DNA from: Hormiphora californensis | Lineage: Eukaryota; Animalia; Ctenophora | DNA length: 64,000 nucleotides | Direction: 5' to 3' | NCBI GenBank assembly: GCA_020137815.1 | Contig: CM035360.1 | Span: forward strand, 310,001-374,000 | Shown: in pieces, positions 1 to 34,322 of the stretch | Layout: each line of letters starts with the position of its first letter | Position numbering within the stretch: position 1 is the stretch's first letter | Program-made: the position numbers and the translations under genes | Notes under the pieces: model-generated | The model's input: only the letters and a program-made list of their open reading frames with translations | What the model was told of the DNA's origin: nothing | Database searches by the model: none

Positions 1-95
1 TTCCTCATAAGACCAGTATCCTAGGACCAAGGGTTCCGACTCTTGCCTAGCTCGCACCCTTCCTGATCCTAAATAGTAAACATGCTTTGTTTCAG

Positions 96-574
96 TCTGC
101 ACCAAGATTTCAGAACACAGTTCCCTCGTTTTCGATTGGAACTTGAGTGATGGCCCTCTTATCATCAAGATATCTCAGTCTCTCAGTGGTGCTGGTTGGA
201 AGGGTGAATCAGAGGTACAACTTGGAGAACTCGCCAAGATTTGTCTCCTCAAAGATTCAAACGGTCTATCAATTAGAATCAACACCGAGACAGCTTGCAG
301 CTTCAATGACATCAGCAGTGGCGAGTCTTGGAACACCTACCCTTTATCTGATTTGTGGAAGTCAGGTGCTAAACACGTGATTGAAATACTTTATGACCAA
401 GACAGAAAAAGTCTGGAAGTGGAATGGAACAACTCAGAATCACAGAAACTCCTCATCTCGGAGGTGCTTCAAGACATGCCTCTTGAGGGGTCTGTGAGGG
501 TCATGGGAGCCGTCCTTGATTGTGTTTATGGGGTGGATGACAGTTTCATTGAGGGTAGGTTTACAGTTTTATAG
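96..574 (+). CDS. Probable terminal exon of an uncharacterised gene that begins upstream of the window
   Basis: Acceptor tttgtttcAG at 94-95, then an open frame (CTKISEHSSLVFDWNLSDGPLIIK...GRFTVL*) with globular-protein composition; no family recognised. Confidence 0.45.
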
Positions 575-1480
575 TTGCGATGTATCTATCTGAATTTGAT
601 GCTTGCATGGAATTGGATCTAAACTAACTTGTGGAAGCTAATTGCTGTAAATTGCAAGACGCATGGCTGCTTCTAGTCGAATGAAAGGGTGGTACGGGAT
701 TAGTGGTTGGTAACAGCTCAGGAGATTTTAATTCAAGGTCTTATATGACACTTACGTCTTAGAATTTAGGGCAAGGTTTACGTTTTGTTGTCATTAAAAG
801 GTCCAGGTAACAGGTTTTGTCTTTACTCAATTGTCTGTTTTCACATTTTATAACCTTCTCCCACCGTTTCAGGTTGTCTAGTTTTTATTCTTCTTCACAT
901 TCACTCGCTACTCTCTGAGAGAATTGATCAAGAAGGGTACTAACTAGACAATAGTTGGCTGAGCTTGTGCTGTCTCGCGAGTGTCGTTAGGACTGTGATC
1001 AGGCATCTGACAGACTGCATGTGTGGGTTGTAAGGAATGAGCATGTGTGCAAGATGTGTGAGCATGTACAAGATGTGTGAGCATGTGGAGTACGTACTAC
1101 TTTACCTATAGTTCGAATTCCTTAACTGAGATATAAAGTTTTCTTTTAACTGTTCAGACTCGTAAAATGGGGGGTGAACTGTTGAAAAAAATGGACTTTT
1201 CAAGGTGTTCATGTGGGATCTTTACGAGCGTTGAACTTCAAGCAGAAAAGTTTACAAGATTAGCTTATGAACCACCAGAAACCTTGAATGAGGGTAAAGA
1301 ATAGTCCAAGTATGAAGTTTCATAACAAGCCAATCTTGTAATATTTTTTCTGGGCGAATTCAATTGTAAAGATCCCACACGAACACTCTTGTCAACAACT
1401 TCCCACTTCCTCCCTTCCCCCTTACTCAACAAGGTTACCTAGTATCTCCTTCTGGAAAAGTTGGCATGCGCTGCAGTCCC

Positions 1481-1551
1481 CTGTCTGGCGCCGCGACCCA
1501 TCTGAGCGCACTGTCGCTGAGAATCAAATGGGGTATGGCGCCGCCATACAG
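1481..1551. mobile_element. 71-bp MITE (CTGTCTGGCG...CGCCATACAG family) with 8-bp TSD
   Basis: Self-complementary ends; GCAGTCCC on both sides (1473-1480, 1552-1559); related copies at 9151, 30974 and 31845. Confidence 0.85.
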
Positions 1552-1919
1552 GCAGTCCCCGGGTACTGCACACGCTGTTGACGGCATTTGATAAAGGGGG
1601 CTGCAGCGTATGCCAGCAAGAGAAACTAGAGACTGCAGAAAATAAAGTTCTAATCAATAAATAAAAGGTTCCGCGATGCCTAACCAATGACTGACGAGTA
1701 GCAGCGTTCATCCCTATCCATGCTACGCAGTCTGTCTGTTCGGTCCGGTGTGAGAGCTGACAGGCAAGGAACATGCCAGAGTTCATCCCTCTCCATGCTG
1801 GACACCTATCTCTCCTAGCGATTCAGAGCCTGGATGGAGTACTCTTGGAGATGTTGCCACTTCAACAGCTGCACATACTTTATGTATCAAATGGTAAGAA
1901 CAGTCCAGGATCTCCCCAG

Positions 1920-4340
1920 TAATTCATGCACGATCTAAAAGGGACATCGAGAAGGGAACAAACGGTGAAGTGAGGACGAGACGAGACGAGACGAGAGGAG
2001 AAGGACCGAGCCAAAACGGAGACCTCGTGACTCCTCCCAACCTCTCCCAGCGAGGGAAGAAGATAGAGAGAGAAAGGAGCGAGAGAGAGAGAGTAGCAGA
2101 GAGAGCAAGGAGTATGAGAATTAACGAAGAGCGAGGACGACAGGAGAGAGAGAATTGACTGGAGAACGGCAGAGAGAGGACGAGGTGAAATGATGCGTAG
2201 GAGGGGAAACATCCGCGAGACAAGACCAGAGAGGGAAAGACGAGAGAAGAGGGAGAGATGACCGAGCAGAGAAGAACGAGACGAGAGAGAGAAGCGTGAG
2301 TGAGGGCGACGAGAGACCCGAAACCCGCAGAGGTTTCGATGAGACGAAGAACCAGAGAAGGACGAGAGAGAAGCCCAGGAGTAGAAGACGAGACAGCCTC
2401 TGGAATCGACGCCCGACTCCGATGGAGAGGAGAGGAGAGAGACCGACGGAGAGACCCGAAGCACAGACAGACATCGGACCAACACTGAGACCTGACACAG
2501 TGCAACAATTCTAAAAACCGCAGACCACGAAGCCGGCGCCGTAGGACCGACGAGGAGCAGAGCACACGCGCGGGAGAGGTGTTTCGGCGAGAGAGAGAGG
2601 AGAGGAGGAGGAGAGGAGAGAGAGAGAGGAGGAGAGGGAAGAGAGGAGAGGAGATGGAGAGGAGAGGAGGAGAGAGAGAGAAGAGAGAGAGAGAGAAGAG
2701 AGATGAGAGAGGGAGAGATATGCATAAGTTCCGGAGAGACGGTACCGGTATGACATTTCCAGTATATTCAACACTATCTTTCCAATCTTGCTAATCATAA
2801 TATCACTCTTCAGGTATCATGGTAATTAATAAACACAGTGGACCTTATTTAACAGTGTGATTTCAGAGAAACGACGAGGGAGGGAGAAAGATATGAGGAA
2901 GAGAAATATTATGAATGGTTGTTTGGTTGTATTAAAGTGATGTGGAGAGAAGGTTGGGTTTTTAAACATGTTGTAAATTAATAGGTGGTGGGTTTTTGTA
3001 GAGAAAAAGTTGGTCTTGAACGAGAAAAATGGCTGTTATGTTAATGTGGCAGAGAGAATAGAGGTAGAGAGAAGGCTAAGAGAGATGGAGAAGGCTGAGA
3101 TGGAGAAGGCTGGTTGTTTTACTTGTTTTAATGAGAGAAACAATTTAGCTGTAGGGAGAGATATAGAGAAGGCTATGAGAGAGATATCTATCTAGAGAAG
3201 GCTGGATGTTTGAGTGATACAAGTTGGCTAACTGTTACCTAGTTAGATGGAGATTCACTCAAGAGATTCACTCAAGCATGCTTGCAATATGACTCCACTG
3301 CTCCTTGATTGACGGTTTAAAAACCTTTCTTTCTCTGTGTGTGTTAGACGTTCACATTTATACTTTCTATTCTAAAACCTGACTCGAACATAATGTTCTC
3401 TTTTCCACATCTCTCTTCACACGGCTCTCTCTCTCTCTCTCTCTCTCTTAGATTCAGTCACAAGGTCTTTGTATTTTTTCTAAAAAATGATAATGTTGGT
3501 GGTTGCGATCATAAAAGGCTAGAGGCGGTGGCACTGGGGAGTGAGCTTTTTTCGGCCGGTAAAGTTCATATCTATCGATTTCTTTCTATATCTTTTATCC
3601 CTCCTCTATGCTAAAGAGGATATTTAGAGATCTCTCGAAGAGTTCTCGATCTCATCTCTCGAGCGTAGCTCGTAGGCAGCGGCGAGCGATGAAAGCGCTC
3701 TCGCTCTCTTATCTCTTCTCTCTCTATCTATTCTATTCTCTTTCTTGCTGTTTGCTCAAGCGCATTAGAGAGCATTTAGAGTTGTGCCTTTCTCGAGTAA
3801 ACTTTGCTCATCTCAATATAAGCAGGCCCTGATCCGTCGTTCGTCGTATCAAAGACAACATTTGCCTATGTACAACTCTCCTTGATGTATGTTTAGTTTG
3901 TAGAATTATTTAGTCAGTTAGTTAGTAACGGTGAGGTCATCATTCTGTGATTTGTATCGATTATACATCTGGGAGATGGGTTGGGATGAGCATTGAGTTA
4001 GTTGTTTCCTCCCACCTCCCAATATGGCCTCCTTGAAATTTGTTGATGTTGTCTAAATTAAAAGTGTAATGCGGGGAAATGATGATAAAACATTATATCG
4101 CGCTTCACCTCTGTCGCGCGCGCGCGCGAGAGAGAGCGAGCGCGCGCGGAGGCGAGCGAGAGCAAGAGAGAGCCGCGCCAGGATCGCCGCCGACGGGCGA
4201 GACGCGACATAGCGAGCAATAGAGAACGCTACCATCCTGATCTCTTTTCTTCTAGCCACTTATCATCCTCCCTCCCTTTCGCTCTCTAGCCTCTCTCTCT
4301 CTCTTCTATCTCTCCTCTCTTCTCTATCTCTCTCTCTCTC
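1920..4340. repeat. Degenerate GA/TC-rich low-complexity tract, probably a low-quality consensus
   Basis: Irregular (GA)n/(TC)n-like sequence; the ORFs here are S/L- or R/E-rich artefacts. Confidence 0.6.
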
Positions 4341-5617
4341 TCTATACCCTGTTGATCGGTATTCTTGTGCAAGACTAGTAAGCAACAGGTGATGCAATTA
4401 ACAGCAGGTGATCACACACAAAGTCCTATAAATAAGGGCACCCCGCTGTTTGCTTGTCATATTTCTTTCAATTCATGTTTTCGACGGTGCCAAACTCCTG
4501 GTTTTTGACTTCTCGATCGAACTGCAAGGGAACACGCAAGGACTGCGGTGGGAAGACGGCCAGGATTCAGCAGGCGGACAGGCAGTTTGCTAAGCACCTC
4601 AATCAGATAAAGAAGGTGTCTGAGAATGAGCTGACAAGGGAACATAGGTGCATTGAAGAAGTCTTCCGACTGGAAATGGTGAATACTCTTGCACTTAGGC
4701 ATATATGGCACTTAGGATGCCACAGTGTGGCAGCCACACCATTAATCATGGTCCATGATTAAAAACATTAAAACACCCTTCACTGTCACGTTAATTGCTC
4801 ATTTAGCTAATTAGTTAATCAACTGACCACTTAGCTAGTTGCTAATTTGTTAACAAATTACTTACTAATTGCTTATTAATTAACACATGTGTTTCCCTCA
4901 GTTATAATTGATTAATTAACACACTCCCATCCACTCCATTACTATTCAATTAACACATGTGTTTCCCACAGCTATAATTGATTAATTAACACACATGTGT
5001 TTCCCACAGCTATAATTGATTAATTAACACACATGTGTTTCCCACAGTTACAGCACCAGTTGGAGCACCAAGCAGCGCTAGGACTGCTGGAGAAGATTCA
5101 CCACGTCAGCCACCACAGGGATGCCCTGTTAAAGAGGAGCTTTGAAACCATTCTAGAGAGATTCAGCTTTAGGTAAGACACATGAGTCAGCTTTAGGTAA
5201 GGGACAAACTTTCAAATTAGACACTGTCCCCACTGCCCCCCACCCGCTGTGACCAACTCTATGAAGGACAGTCAAGCCGACCCTTTTTGAATTATGTTTC
5301 CAACTATTTCCTCACCTCTCTCTCTCTCTCTCCCTCTCCTTCAGTTCAGTATATGACAGCAGTGAGATGAGTCTACCCCCCATAACTGGGCTCCCAACCC
5401 ACAAGCTCCTCCCCAAAACAGCTCCTGGTGGTCTGGGTAGGATAGCTGAGGAGCACGGGGGTGGTGGAGGAGGAGGGAGGGGTGGAAGGAAGAAGAAGAC
5501 GAGCAGCACCGGATCCAGTAAATGGGGGTACGTTTAGATAATGTCAGCTCTCACTGAGAATCTCTGTATGATATTTGATAAACAATGATTACACCAAATT
5601 TCGGGTGATTCAAATCT

Positions 5618-6035
5618 CCCCTCTCCCCACTCCAGGTCCGTTGTGGATGGTGCGAGGGGTGCAAGTGGGGGACCCTCTCTCCCCACTAACCCCTCTCTCC
5701 ACTGACCCCTCTCTCCCCACTCCAGGTCCGTTGTGGATGGTGCTAGGGGTGCAAGTGGGGGTCCCTCTCTCCCCACTAACCCCTCTCTCCACTGACCCCT
5801 CTCTCCCCACTCCAGGTCCGTTGTGGATGGTGCTAGGGGTGCAAGTGGGGGTCCCTCTCTCCCCACTAACCCCTCTCTCCACTGACCCCTCTGTCCCCAC
5901 TCCAGGTCGGTTGTGGATGGTGCTAGGGGTGCAAGTGGGGGACCCTCTCTCCCCACTAACCCCTCTCTCCACTGACCCCTCTCTCCCCACTCCAGGTCGG
6001 TTGTGGATGGTGCTAGGGGTGCAAGTGGGGGTCCC
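5618..6035 (+). repeat. 90-bp minisatellite (~4.6 copies) spanning the exon-4 splice acceptor
   Basis: ccccactccAG|gtccgttgtggatggtg recurs every 90 bp (about 5625, 5715, 5805, 5895, 5985); the second gene copy has a single unit (AG at 8637). Confidence 0.9.
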
Positions 6036-6503
6036 TGGAACCGGATCAAGATCACCCTCCCCAGATGTGAGAATGAGACGCCCGTTACTGGAGGATTTGG
6101 GGGACTCTCCTCCAACGAGGTAGGACGACCTTGCCTTGTCGACCCTGTTTCACTGTGCCCCTCTTTTGTAAATGTAAAGGAGGGTTAGAACATAACTAGG
6201 ATATCCCGATGAACTAGTTTTATCTGGAGATATCATGAGATATCATCTTGGTTCTTGTTTCCATGAAGTTGAGATAAAAATGGGTTTTAATTCTCTAACC
6301 CATGATTCCTACCTCCCCAGCCCTCCACCACTTCCCTATTGGGTCTGTCCCGGCGATCTAGGGTCCACAAGATGGCCAAGATTGAGAGTGGTGGGTTTCA
6401 TGTTCCGTCCTACCTTGCTACCAAGCCAATTCCACGGGCTCGCGACAGGTGAGAGTTCGGTTTAGTTACTTAATGTAGTGGCACAGGAAATTGGTATCTC
6501 TCA

Positions 6504-7035
6504 GGCTATAAGCATACTGATCGTGATGATCATAATCAGGTCAGTGTGCGGAGATTTTGATGGTCACCATCAAAGAAGCGCACACACTGATGGTTATCAT
6601 CATGATGGAGGCTTGATCATGATGCATCATGATGCTCTCAAACCATAGTGTGTTCACGTTTGATCATCATAAACCATAGTGTGCGCACGTTTGATCATCA
6701 TAGACCATGCTCAACTTGCTGTAACTTGCCTTTTGATTATGATCATCATGACCAGTGTGCTCAGCATGATGATGATATCTCCCCCTTGCCCAGTCGCGCG
6801 CTCTGAGAGGCTGTTGCATATCACGTGACCTGTACAACAGCCTCTAAGTGCGCGCGAATTCGTACACGTGGTACATATCACATGACTACAGTGCAGCCCT
6901 CCATAAGAATAAGATCAGAACGTGCGCACACTAGGTGTTGATGATCATCATCCAACTTAAGAGACGGCTCCAGGGCCAGCTCTTACTTCATCTTTTTAAC
7001 TGATTATGATCATCACGATCAGTATGCTTATAGCC
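6504..7035. mobile_element. PIF/Harbinger-like non-autonomous element (532 bp)
   Basis: ~36-bp TIR GGCTATAAGCATACTGATCGTGATGATCATAATCAG; 3-bp TSD TCA; the empty site is visible in the second copy (ggtatctctcactctccc, 9134-9151). Confidence 0.85.
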
Positions 7036-7138
7036 TCACTCTCCCTGTATGGCGGCGCCATACCCAAGAGAGAGAGGAGAGAGAGAGAAAGAGAGCGAGA
7101 GAGAGAGCGAGAGAGAACGAAGAGAGAGGAAAGAGAGC

Positions 7139-7173
<35 letters not shown>

Positions 7174-7221
7174 CGAGAGAGAGACTCTACTCTATATCTC
7201 TCTCTCTCTTTCTCTCTTTCT

Positions 7222-7281
<60 letters not shown>

Positions 7282-7485
7282 CCCTGTTGATCGGTTATTT
7301 CTTTGTGCACTACTTTAGTAATCACCATGTGATGCAATAACATGCAGGTGATCACACAAAGTCCCCTATAAATATGGGCCCCGCTTGTTTGCTTGTCATA
7401 TTTCTTTCAAATCATGTTTTCTGCCCGTTGCCAAACTCCTGTTTTTGACTTCTCCGATCGAAATGCCAAGGATACACAGCAAGGA

Positions 7486-9425
7486 ATGCCGTTTGGGAAG
7501 ACGGCCAGGATTCAGCAGGCGGATAGGCAGTTTGCTAAGCATCTTAATCAGATAAAGAAGGTGTCTGAGAATGAGCTAACTAGGGAACATAGGTGTATTG
7601 AAGAAGTCTTCAGACTGGAAATGGTGAATACGGCACTTAGGCATATATGGCACTTAGGATGCCACAGTGTGGCAGCCACACCATTAATCATGGTCCATGA
7701 TTAAAAACATTAAAACACCCTTCACTGTCACGTTAATTGCTAATTAGTTAATCAACAGACCCCACTCAGCTAGTTGCTAATTTGTTAATTACTTACTAAT
7801 TACTTACTAATTAACACATGTGTTTCCCTCAGTTACAGCACCAGTTGGAGCACCAAGCAGCGTTAGGACTGCTGGAGAAGATTCACCACGTCAGCCACCA
7901 CAGGGATGCCCTGTTAAAGAGGAGCTTTGAAACTATTCTAGAGAGATTCAGCTTTAGGTAAGCCGTAAGGGACACATGTAAATTAGTCACTAGTCAGCTT
8001 TAGGTGACGGAAAAACTTTCGAAATTGGTACCGTTGTCAGTTGTTGAGCTTACTCAACAACTTGTCGGTATGTGTACAACTGTCCACTATCTTTATTCAA
8101 GGCCAATATTGGCCGACCCCCCTATCATCAATGACATGAGGCACTGCCCCCACCCGCTGTGACCAACTCTATGAAGGACAGTCAAGTTAGACACGTGTTT
8201 GAATTCAAAAATATTCCAACTATTTCCTCACCTCTCTCTCTCCCCTTCAGTTCAGTATATGACAGCAGTGAGATGAGTCTACCTCCCATAACTGGGCTCC
8301 CAACCCACAAGCTCCTCCCCAAAACAGCCCCTGGTGGTCTGGGTAGGATAGCTGAGGAGCATGGGGGTGGAGGAGGAGGGAGGGGTGTAAGGAAGAAGAA
8401 GGCGAGTAGCACCGGATCCAGTAAATGGGGGTACGTTTAGATAATGTCAGCTCTCACTGAGAATCTCAGTCAATAATCTCTCAGCGCGATGCCTGACAGT
8501 CAGGCATCGCGCCTGACTTCTCTCTCATAATGCATTAGAATGGGTCAGTGCGATGGTCAATAATCTCGGTATGATATTTGATAAACAATGATTACACAAA
8601 ATTTCGGGTGATTCAAATCTCCTCTCTCCCCACTCCAGGTCCGTTGTGGATGGTGCTAGGGGTGCAAGTGGGGGTCCCTGGAACCGGATCAAGATAACCC
8701 TACCCAGATGTGAGAATGAGACGCCTGTTACTGGAGGATTCGGGGGACTCTCCTCCAACGAGGTAGGACGACCTTGCCTTGTCGACCCTGTTTCACTGTG
8801 CCCCTCTTTTGCAAATTTAAAGGAGGGTTAGAAAATAACTAGGATATCCCGATGAACTAGTTTTATCTGGAGATATCATGAGATATCATCTTGGTTCTTG
8901 TTTCCGTGAAGTTGAGATAAAAATGGGTTTTAATTCTCTAACCCATGATTCCTACCTCCCTAGCCCTCGACCACTTCCCTATTGGGTTTGTCCCGGCGAT
9001 CTAGAGTCCACAAGATGGCCAAGATTGAGAGTGGTGGGTTTCATGTTCCGTCCTACCTTGCCACCAAACCAATTCCACGGGCTCGCGACAGGTGAGAGTT
9101 CGGTCTAGTTACTTACTGTAGTGGCACAGGAAAGGTATCTCTCACTCTCCCTGTATGGCGGCGCCATACCCCATTTGGTTCTCAAATCAGTGCGCTCAGA
9201 TGGGTCGCGGCGCCAGACAGCACTCTCCTGGACCTGAATTACAGGAATCAAATATGATTCTAATCTAACACACTACCCCCTTGGTAATTAATTAATTAAT
9301 TAATAATTACCCTTTGTAACCAAACTATCCTCCTATGCAGGTACTTACAAGCAATGAAGGAGAAAGTTTCATTGGGTGATATCAAACAGTGCGGCTATCT
9401 CCGAATCTCAAAAGATCCCCCTTGA
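7486..9425 (+). CDS. Uncharacterised 6-exon protein (N-terminal coiled coil, C-terminal CGYLR motif; loosely CCDC190-like)
   Basis: Phase-consistent GT-AG exons 7486-7623, 7833-7957, 8251-8430, 8639-8762, 8964-9091, 9341-9425 give MPFGKTARIQQADRQF...KEKVSLGDIKQCGYLRISKDPP*. The start codon is uncertain and the family guess is weak. Confidence 0.65.
9151..9220. mobile_element. 70-bp MITE (same family as 1481, opposite orientation), 8-bp TSD
   Basis: CACTCTCC at 9143-9150 and 9221-9228. Confidence 0.85.
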
Positions 9426-10150
9426 ACACTGTTCAGAACAGCACATGGTGCCGTGTAGGACGAATGGAATCACGTCGTCGCGTGGATCACTGCACTGGAA
9501 CACTAGTGTACACTGGAATATAGGAACATTGGACAATGGACACTGGGACAGTGGGACTGGGACATTGGGAAAGATTTAAGTGCATCATCATAAATGACTT
9601 TCTAGAATGTTAGCTTCTTGTTGCATCACTATGGACCTCCTCTGGAGCTACCATGGTGTCTCATTGAGCTGAGATTATAATTATATATTATAAATATAAT
9701 TAATATTGTAAATATACAGATCTTTAATTTAATTTTAGATTTTAAATATTGCCTTATTATTATTATTTGGCTTTGAACGGCCCGTTAACGGGTCACGGCT
9801 GAGCTGTTTCACATGTGATTATTGCCATACCGGCTAACACTGCAGCTTTCAGTACAAGGAGCCATCGTCAATTTATTAAGTTAAGGACCTAAATTTTCGT
9901 GTTACTGACGTTTTGGAACGCGCGAAATTATTATTATTTGAATGCTTTTACGTAGCGCGCGCATTTTAAACAGCACACGCGCGCGCCATAATTTTCTATT
10001 TTGGCTCTATCTTGAAAAGCTGGTCCACTTAACTTTTGCGTTTTTTAAATTTTTTTTCATGCCTGTTTCAAAATTTTTAGCTTGAAACTGGCACTCCCAC
10101 ACCCATTCGACCCGTTTTTGAACAACTAGCATGTTTCAATAAGGTTAGCC

Positions 10151-31503
<21,353 letters not shown>

Positions 31504-31844
31504 GGGGCAGCTGTTATACTGAAGGGGGCTGCTGGTTATTGAGTTTAATGTACTCGGCCCTCTTTCTCACTATTCAATCAGGGATCCGTAATCCGCAAGG
31601 GAGGTTACACAATAGGGACAATTGCTGGGGAGTTTATGAATATGATAATGATTATTGAATTCGTTGGGTGTATTTGCAATTTAACTTATGAAGGCTGTAG
31701 CTGGGATAATGGGAATAAAGTTATGTCCTTTATTTGCTGGCCTGTCGGATGCAGGGGTGTATTAAATTTAGTGTTAACCGTCGTTTTGTACAGTATAATG
31801 AAGTGATTTTATTTGTTTATTATTTTCCTTACGATTACTTTCAC

Positions 31845-31905
31845 CTGTCTGGCGGCGCCAGACCTCGTCTTGAGAATCAAATGGGAGTCTGGCACCACCA
31901 GACAG
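31845..31905. mobile_element. Diverged CTGTCTGGCG-family MITE
   Basis: CTGTCTGG...CCAGACAG; degenerate TSD ACTTTCAC/ATTGTCAC. Confidence 0.65.
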
Positions 31906-32723
31906 ATTGTCACAACATATGAATTGTGGAGCTGTGACTTTTGATGTCGATATTATGATTTCCTGTAGAATCTGTTATTACTATTGTTACTAAGTTATTG
32001 TTTGTGAGGATTGAGTTCGATTTAGGAATTATTTAAGGGGATTCACACTTCACGGTTCACACTCTTTTTCCGTTCTTCACAATCATCACAAGGCTATTCT
32101 GTTACTTGTCCTTAAAATATTATTTGGTTTGTCATTTCTCACTGCATTGTTCAGCTGTGTTAAAGTTATTCAGGTTGTTCCGTGGAAATTTGTTCTGAAA
32201 TCTAAAAAACTATGCGTCTTTGATTTTCTACACACGACTGCAGCAACGAATTGTGGGTGGCACACAATGGATTTAGACCTGAATCCCTTAATTGGAACTT
32301 CGAATTACAAGTGATTTACAGGTTATGATGCATTTTTGCTATTAACTTGCAATTGTTCTAGGGTGAGCCATTTCTCCCACCACAGTCCACCATGACATCG
32401 CCACATGTCATTTTGTGAAAGTGAAACTGAATCAAACTGAACCTCGACCGACCGTTTGAAATCCAGGTGACTGGAAACGGAAAGGCAGCAAGGTAAACTT
32501 CACGTACTTGTGCAGTGCTGAAATGATGTACTTTCATCAGATCAATGTCAGTGCGCGCGGCTACTGAACATGTTTTGCAGGACCAAAACTGTCCACGTAG
32601 TGAAAATACTGTCAGGGTCCAAAACAAACCAGTCATATTTTGCAAATTTTGAATTATAAACCATCGCTCAACAATCATACTCCCGGATTCAATATATTAT
32701 ACACTAACAAAAACTGTCAACGT

Positions 32724-33951
32724 TCACTCTACAGGGAGGCTCACTGAAGAAAAGGGTTTGTCCTCTGTCATAGTTACATCTTCATCAGACTCTAAAAACT
32801 CAAAAGATCGCCTAACTAAAAACTCAGGTATACCCAAACTGAGAAAATCCGAGGCATCCAAATCACTATGGTGATCGCACAACACATCCCAGGATGTCTC
32901 AATCAAACGTGGAATCTGCAACTCCAACTTAAACAGTTTGTTGATTCGTTTTAGTAATTCCTCCTAGTGTAACCATTCTGGTCCTTCCATGAGCAATACT
33001 CACTACCACCAAACACGTATATGTTACCATCAGGGCCCAGGGAGGAGGAGTGGAAGAAGATCTCAGTAGGAAGTGTTTGGGGGAGTTCCGACCAGGTATA
33101 GGTGTTCAGGTCCATCACCCATATCTCCTTACTAGCATCTTTATAAGGCATTGGGATCCTTTGGTCGTTGTCCAGTACAATAGTAGTCTGTAATGTCACC
33201 TCTCCCCCAATAACATACACCCTATCACCCACTTTAGTACAGGAGTGAGCGGTCCTTCCAGCTGGGACCCGGGAAGATGGGCTAGTTATCTCAGACCACG
33301 TGTTAGTTTCAGTACAGAATACTGGCAACTTTCCAAAATCCTCAACAGCAAAGGGACATCCCCCGCCGAAAATTATAATTTTACCATTGTGTTCGATTGA
33401 TTCAGCTCGGTATCTCCCCGGGGTAGGACTCCTGAGATAACTAGTATTTGTCCAGTTAATCGTATCTATCACATGCATTGTGTTGAAATACATCTGCCCT
33501 GTAGTACCCCCGTACATATACAGCCGGGACCCATCAGGTGACATGGATATACTGTGCCCATAACTGGCCTCTATAGGATCACCTTTACATCAACAACACT
33601 CCACTCCAAGTTAGTTAGATCTAGGATTCGGAGTTGACCACAGTTGGAGAAACCAAAGTTAGGTCCGGAACCCCCGTACACTATTATCTTGCTCTTCAGT
33701 GCTATTACAGCGGATGAGGCCGTTGCGAGGGGGTAGTCATCTGGGTTTGATTTCAACTCGCTCCACTGTTGTGAGTTGATGTTGAAGGACCAGAGATCTC
33801 GTTTTAGTTCACCCCGAGGCTGCTCATTTGGGCTGAGATCTCGCTGGGTGTAGCCACCAAATAGGATTAGGGACTGGCCGGCAGTTACAATTCGGTGCCC
33901 ACTCCTAGCCGAAGGGAGGTCTGAGGAGGGACAGATGGGGACGACTCTCAT
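32724..33951 (-). CDS. KLHDC10: Kelch-domain protein (KLHDC10-like); apparently intronless, with two 1-nt frameshifts in the consensus
   Basis: PSARSGHR, LFGGY, VYGGSG..FG.SN, YMYGGTTG, GRYR, VYVIGG, FFHS, YVFGG, then KLFKL..IPRL. Adding one base at ~33583 and one at ~32962 joins the three ORFs. Confidence 0.75.
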
Positions 33952-34322
33952 ACCATAATGTTTCCTGGAAAATAGGAAGAATGGTTTTAGACAATTATAA
34001 AATATAAATAGAGGGGGATAACTCTATCAATTAGATAAGAGGGGGATAACTCTATCAATTAGATAAGAGGTATTAGGTAACATCTAGATAAAGGTAACAG
34101 GGGAGAGGTATTAGGTAATATCTAGATAAAGGTAACAGGGGAGAGGTATTAGGTAATATCTAGATAAAGGTAACAGGGGAGAGGTAAAATCTAGATACAA
34201 GAGCCCGGAGCCGAGGAAGTGCCGAAGCCAATTTATGGTTAAGTTGTAACGTAAGGAACAGGCTTCAGACTGATTTGATAGGTTGCTGCATGTCACTAGC
34301 TTGATAGCCCAGGAAGTGGGTA

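Larger units (their letters stand above)
4340..7066 (+). pseudogene. Upstream partial copy (exons 1-5, no last exon) of the gene at 7486-9425; tandem duplicate or uncollapsed haplotype
   Basis: Near-identical to 7280-9172, with matching ORF pairs at 4454/7393, 5312/8182, 6003/8646 and 6235/8878; breaks off inside the MITE at 7045, at a (GA)n(TC)n junction. Confidence 0.7.

Noticed and set aside
1880-2798. Long S/L-rich and R/E-rich ORFs
   Set aside because: Products of garbled GA/TC low-complexity sequence.
1481-9220. Apparent 7.7-kb transposon bounded by 70-bp inverted repeats
   Set aside because: Each repeat has its own distinct 8-bp TSD, so they are two independent MITE insertions.
32964-33003. 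40-nt GTGAGT...CTAG micro-intron in the kelch gene (and a 12-nt GT...AG at ~33570)
   Set aside because: Removing either does not restore the reading frame, whereas one added base does.
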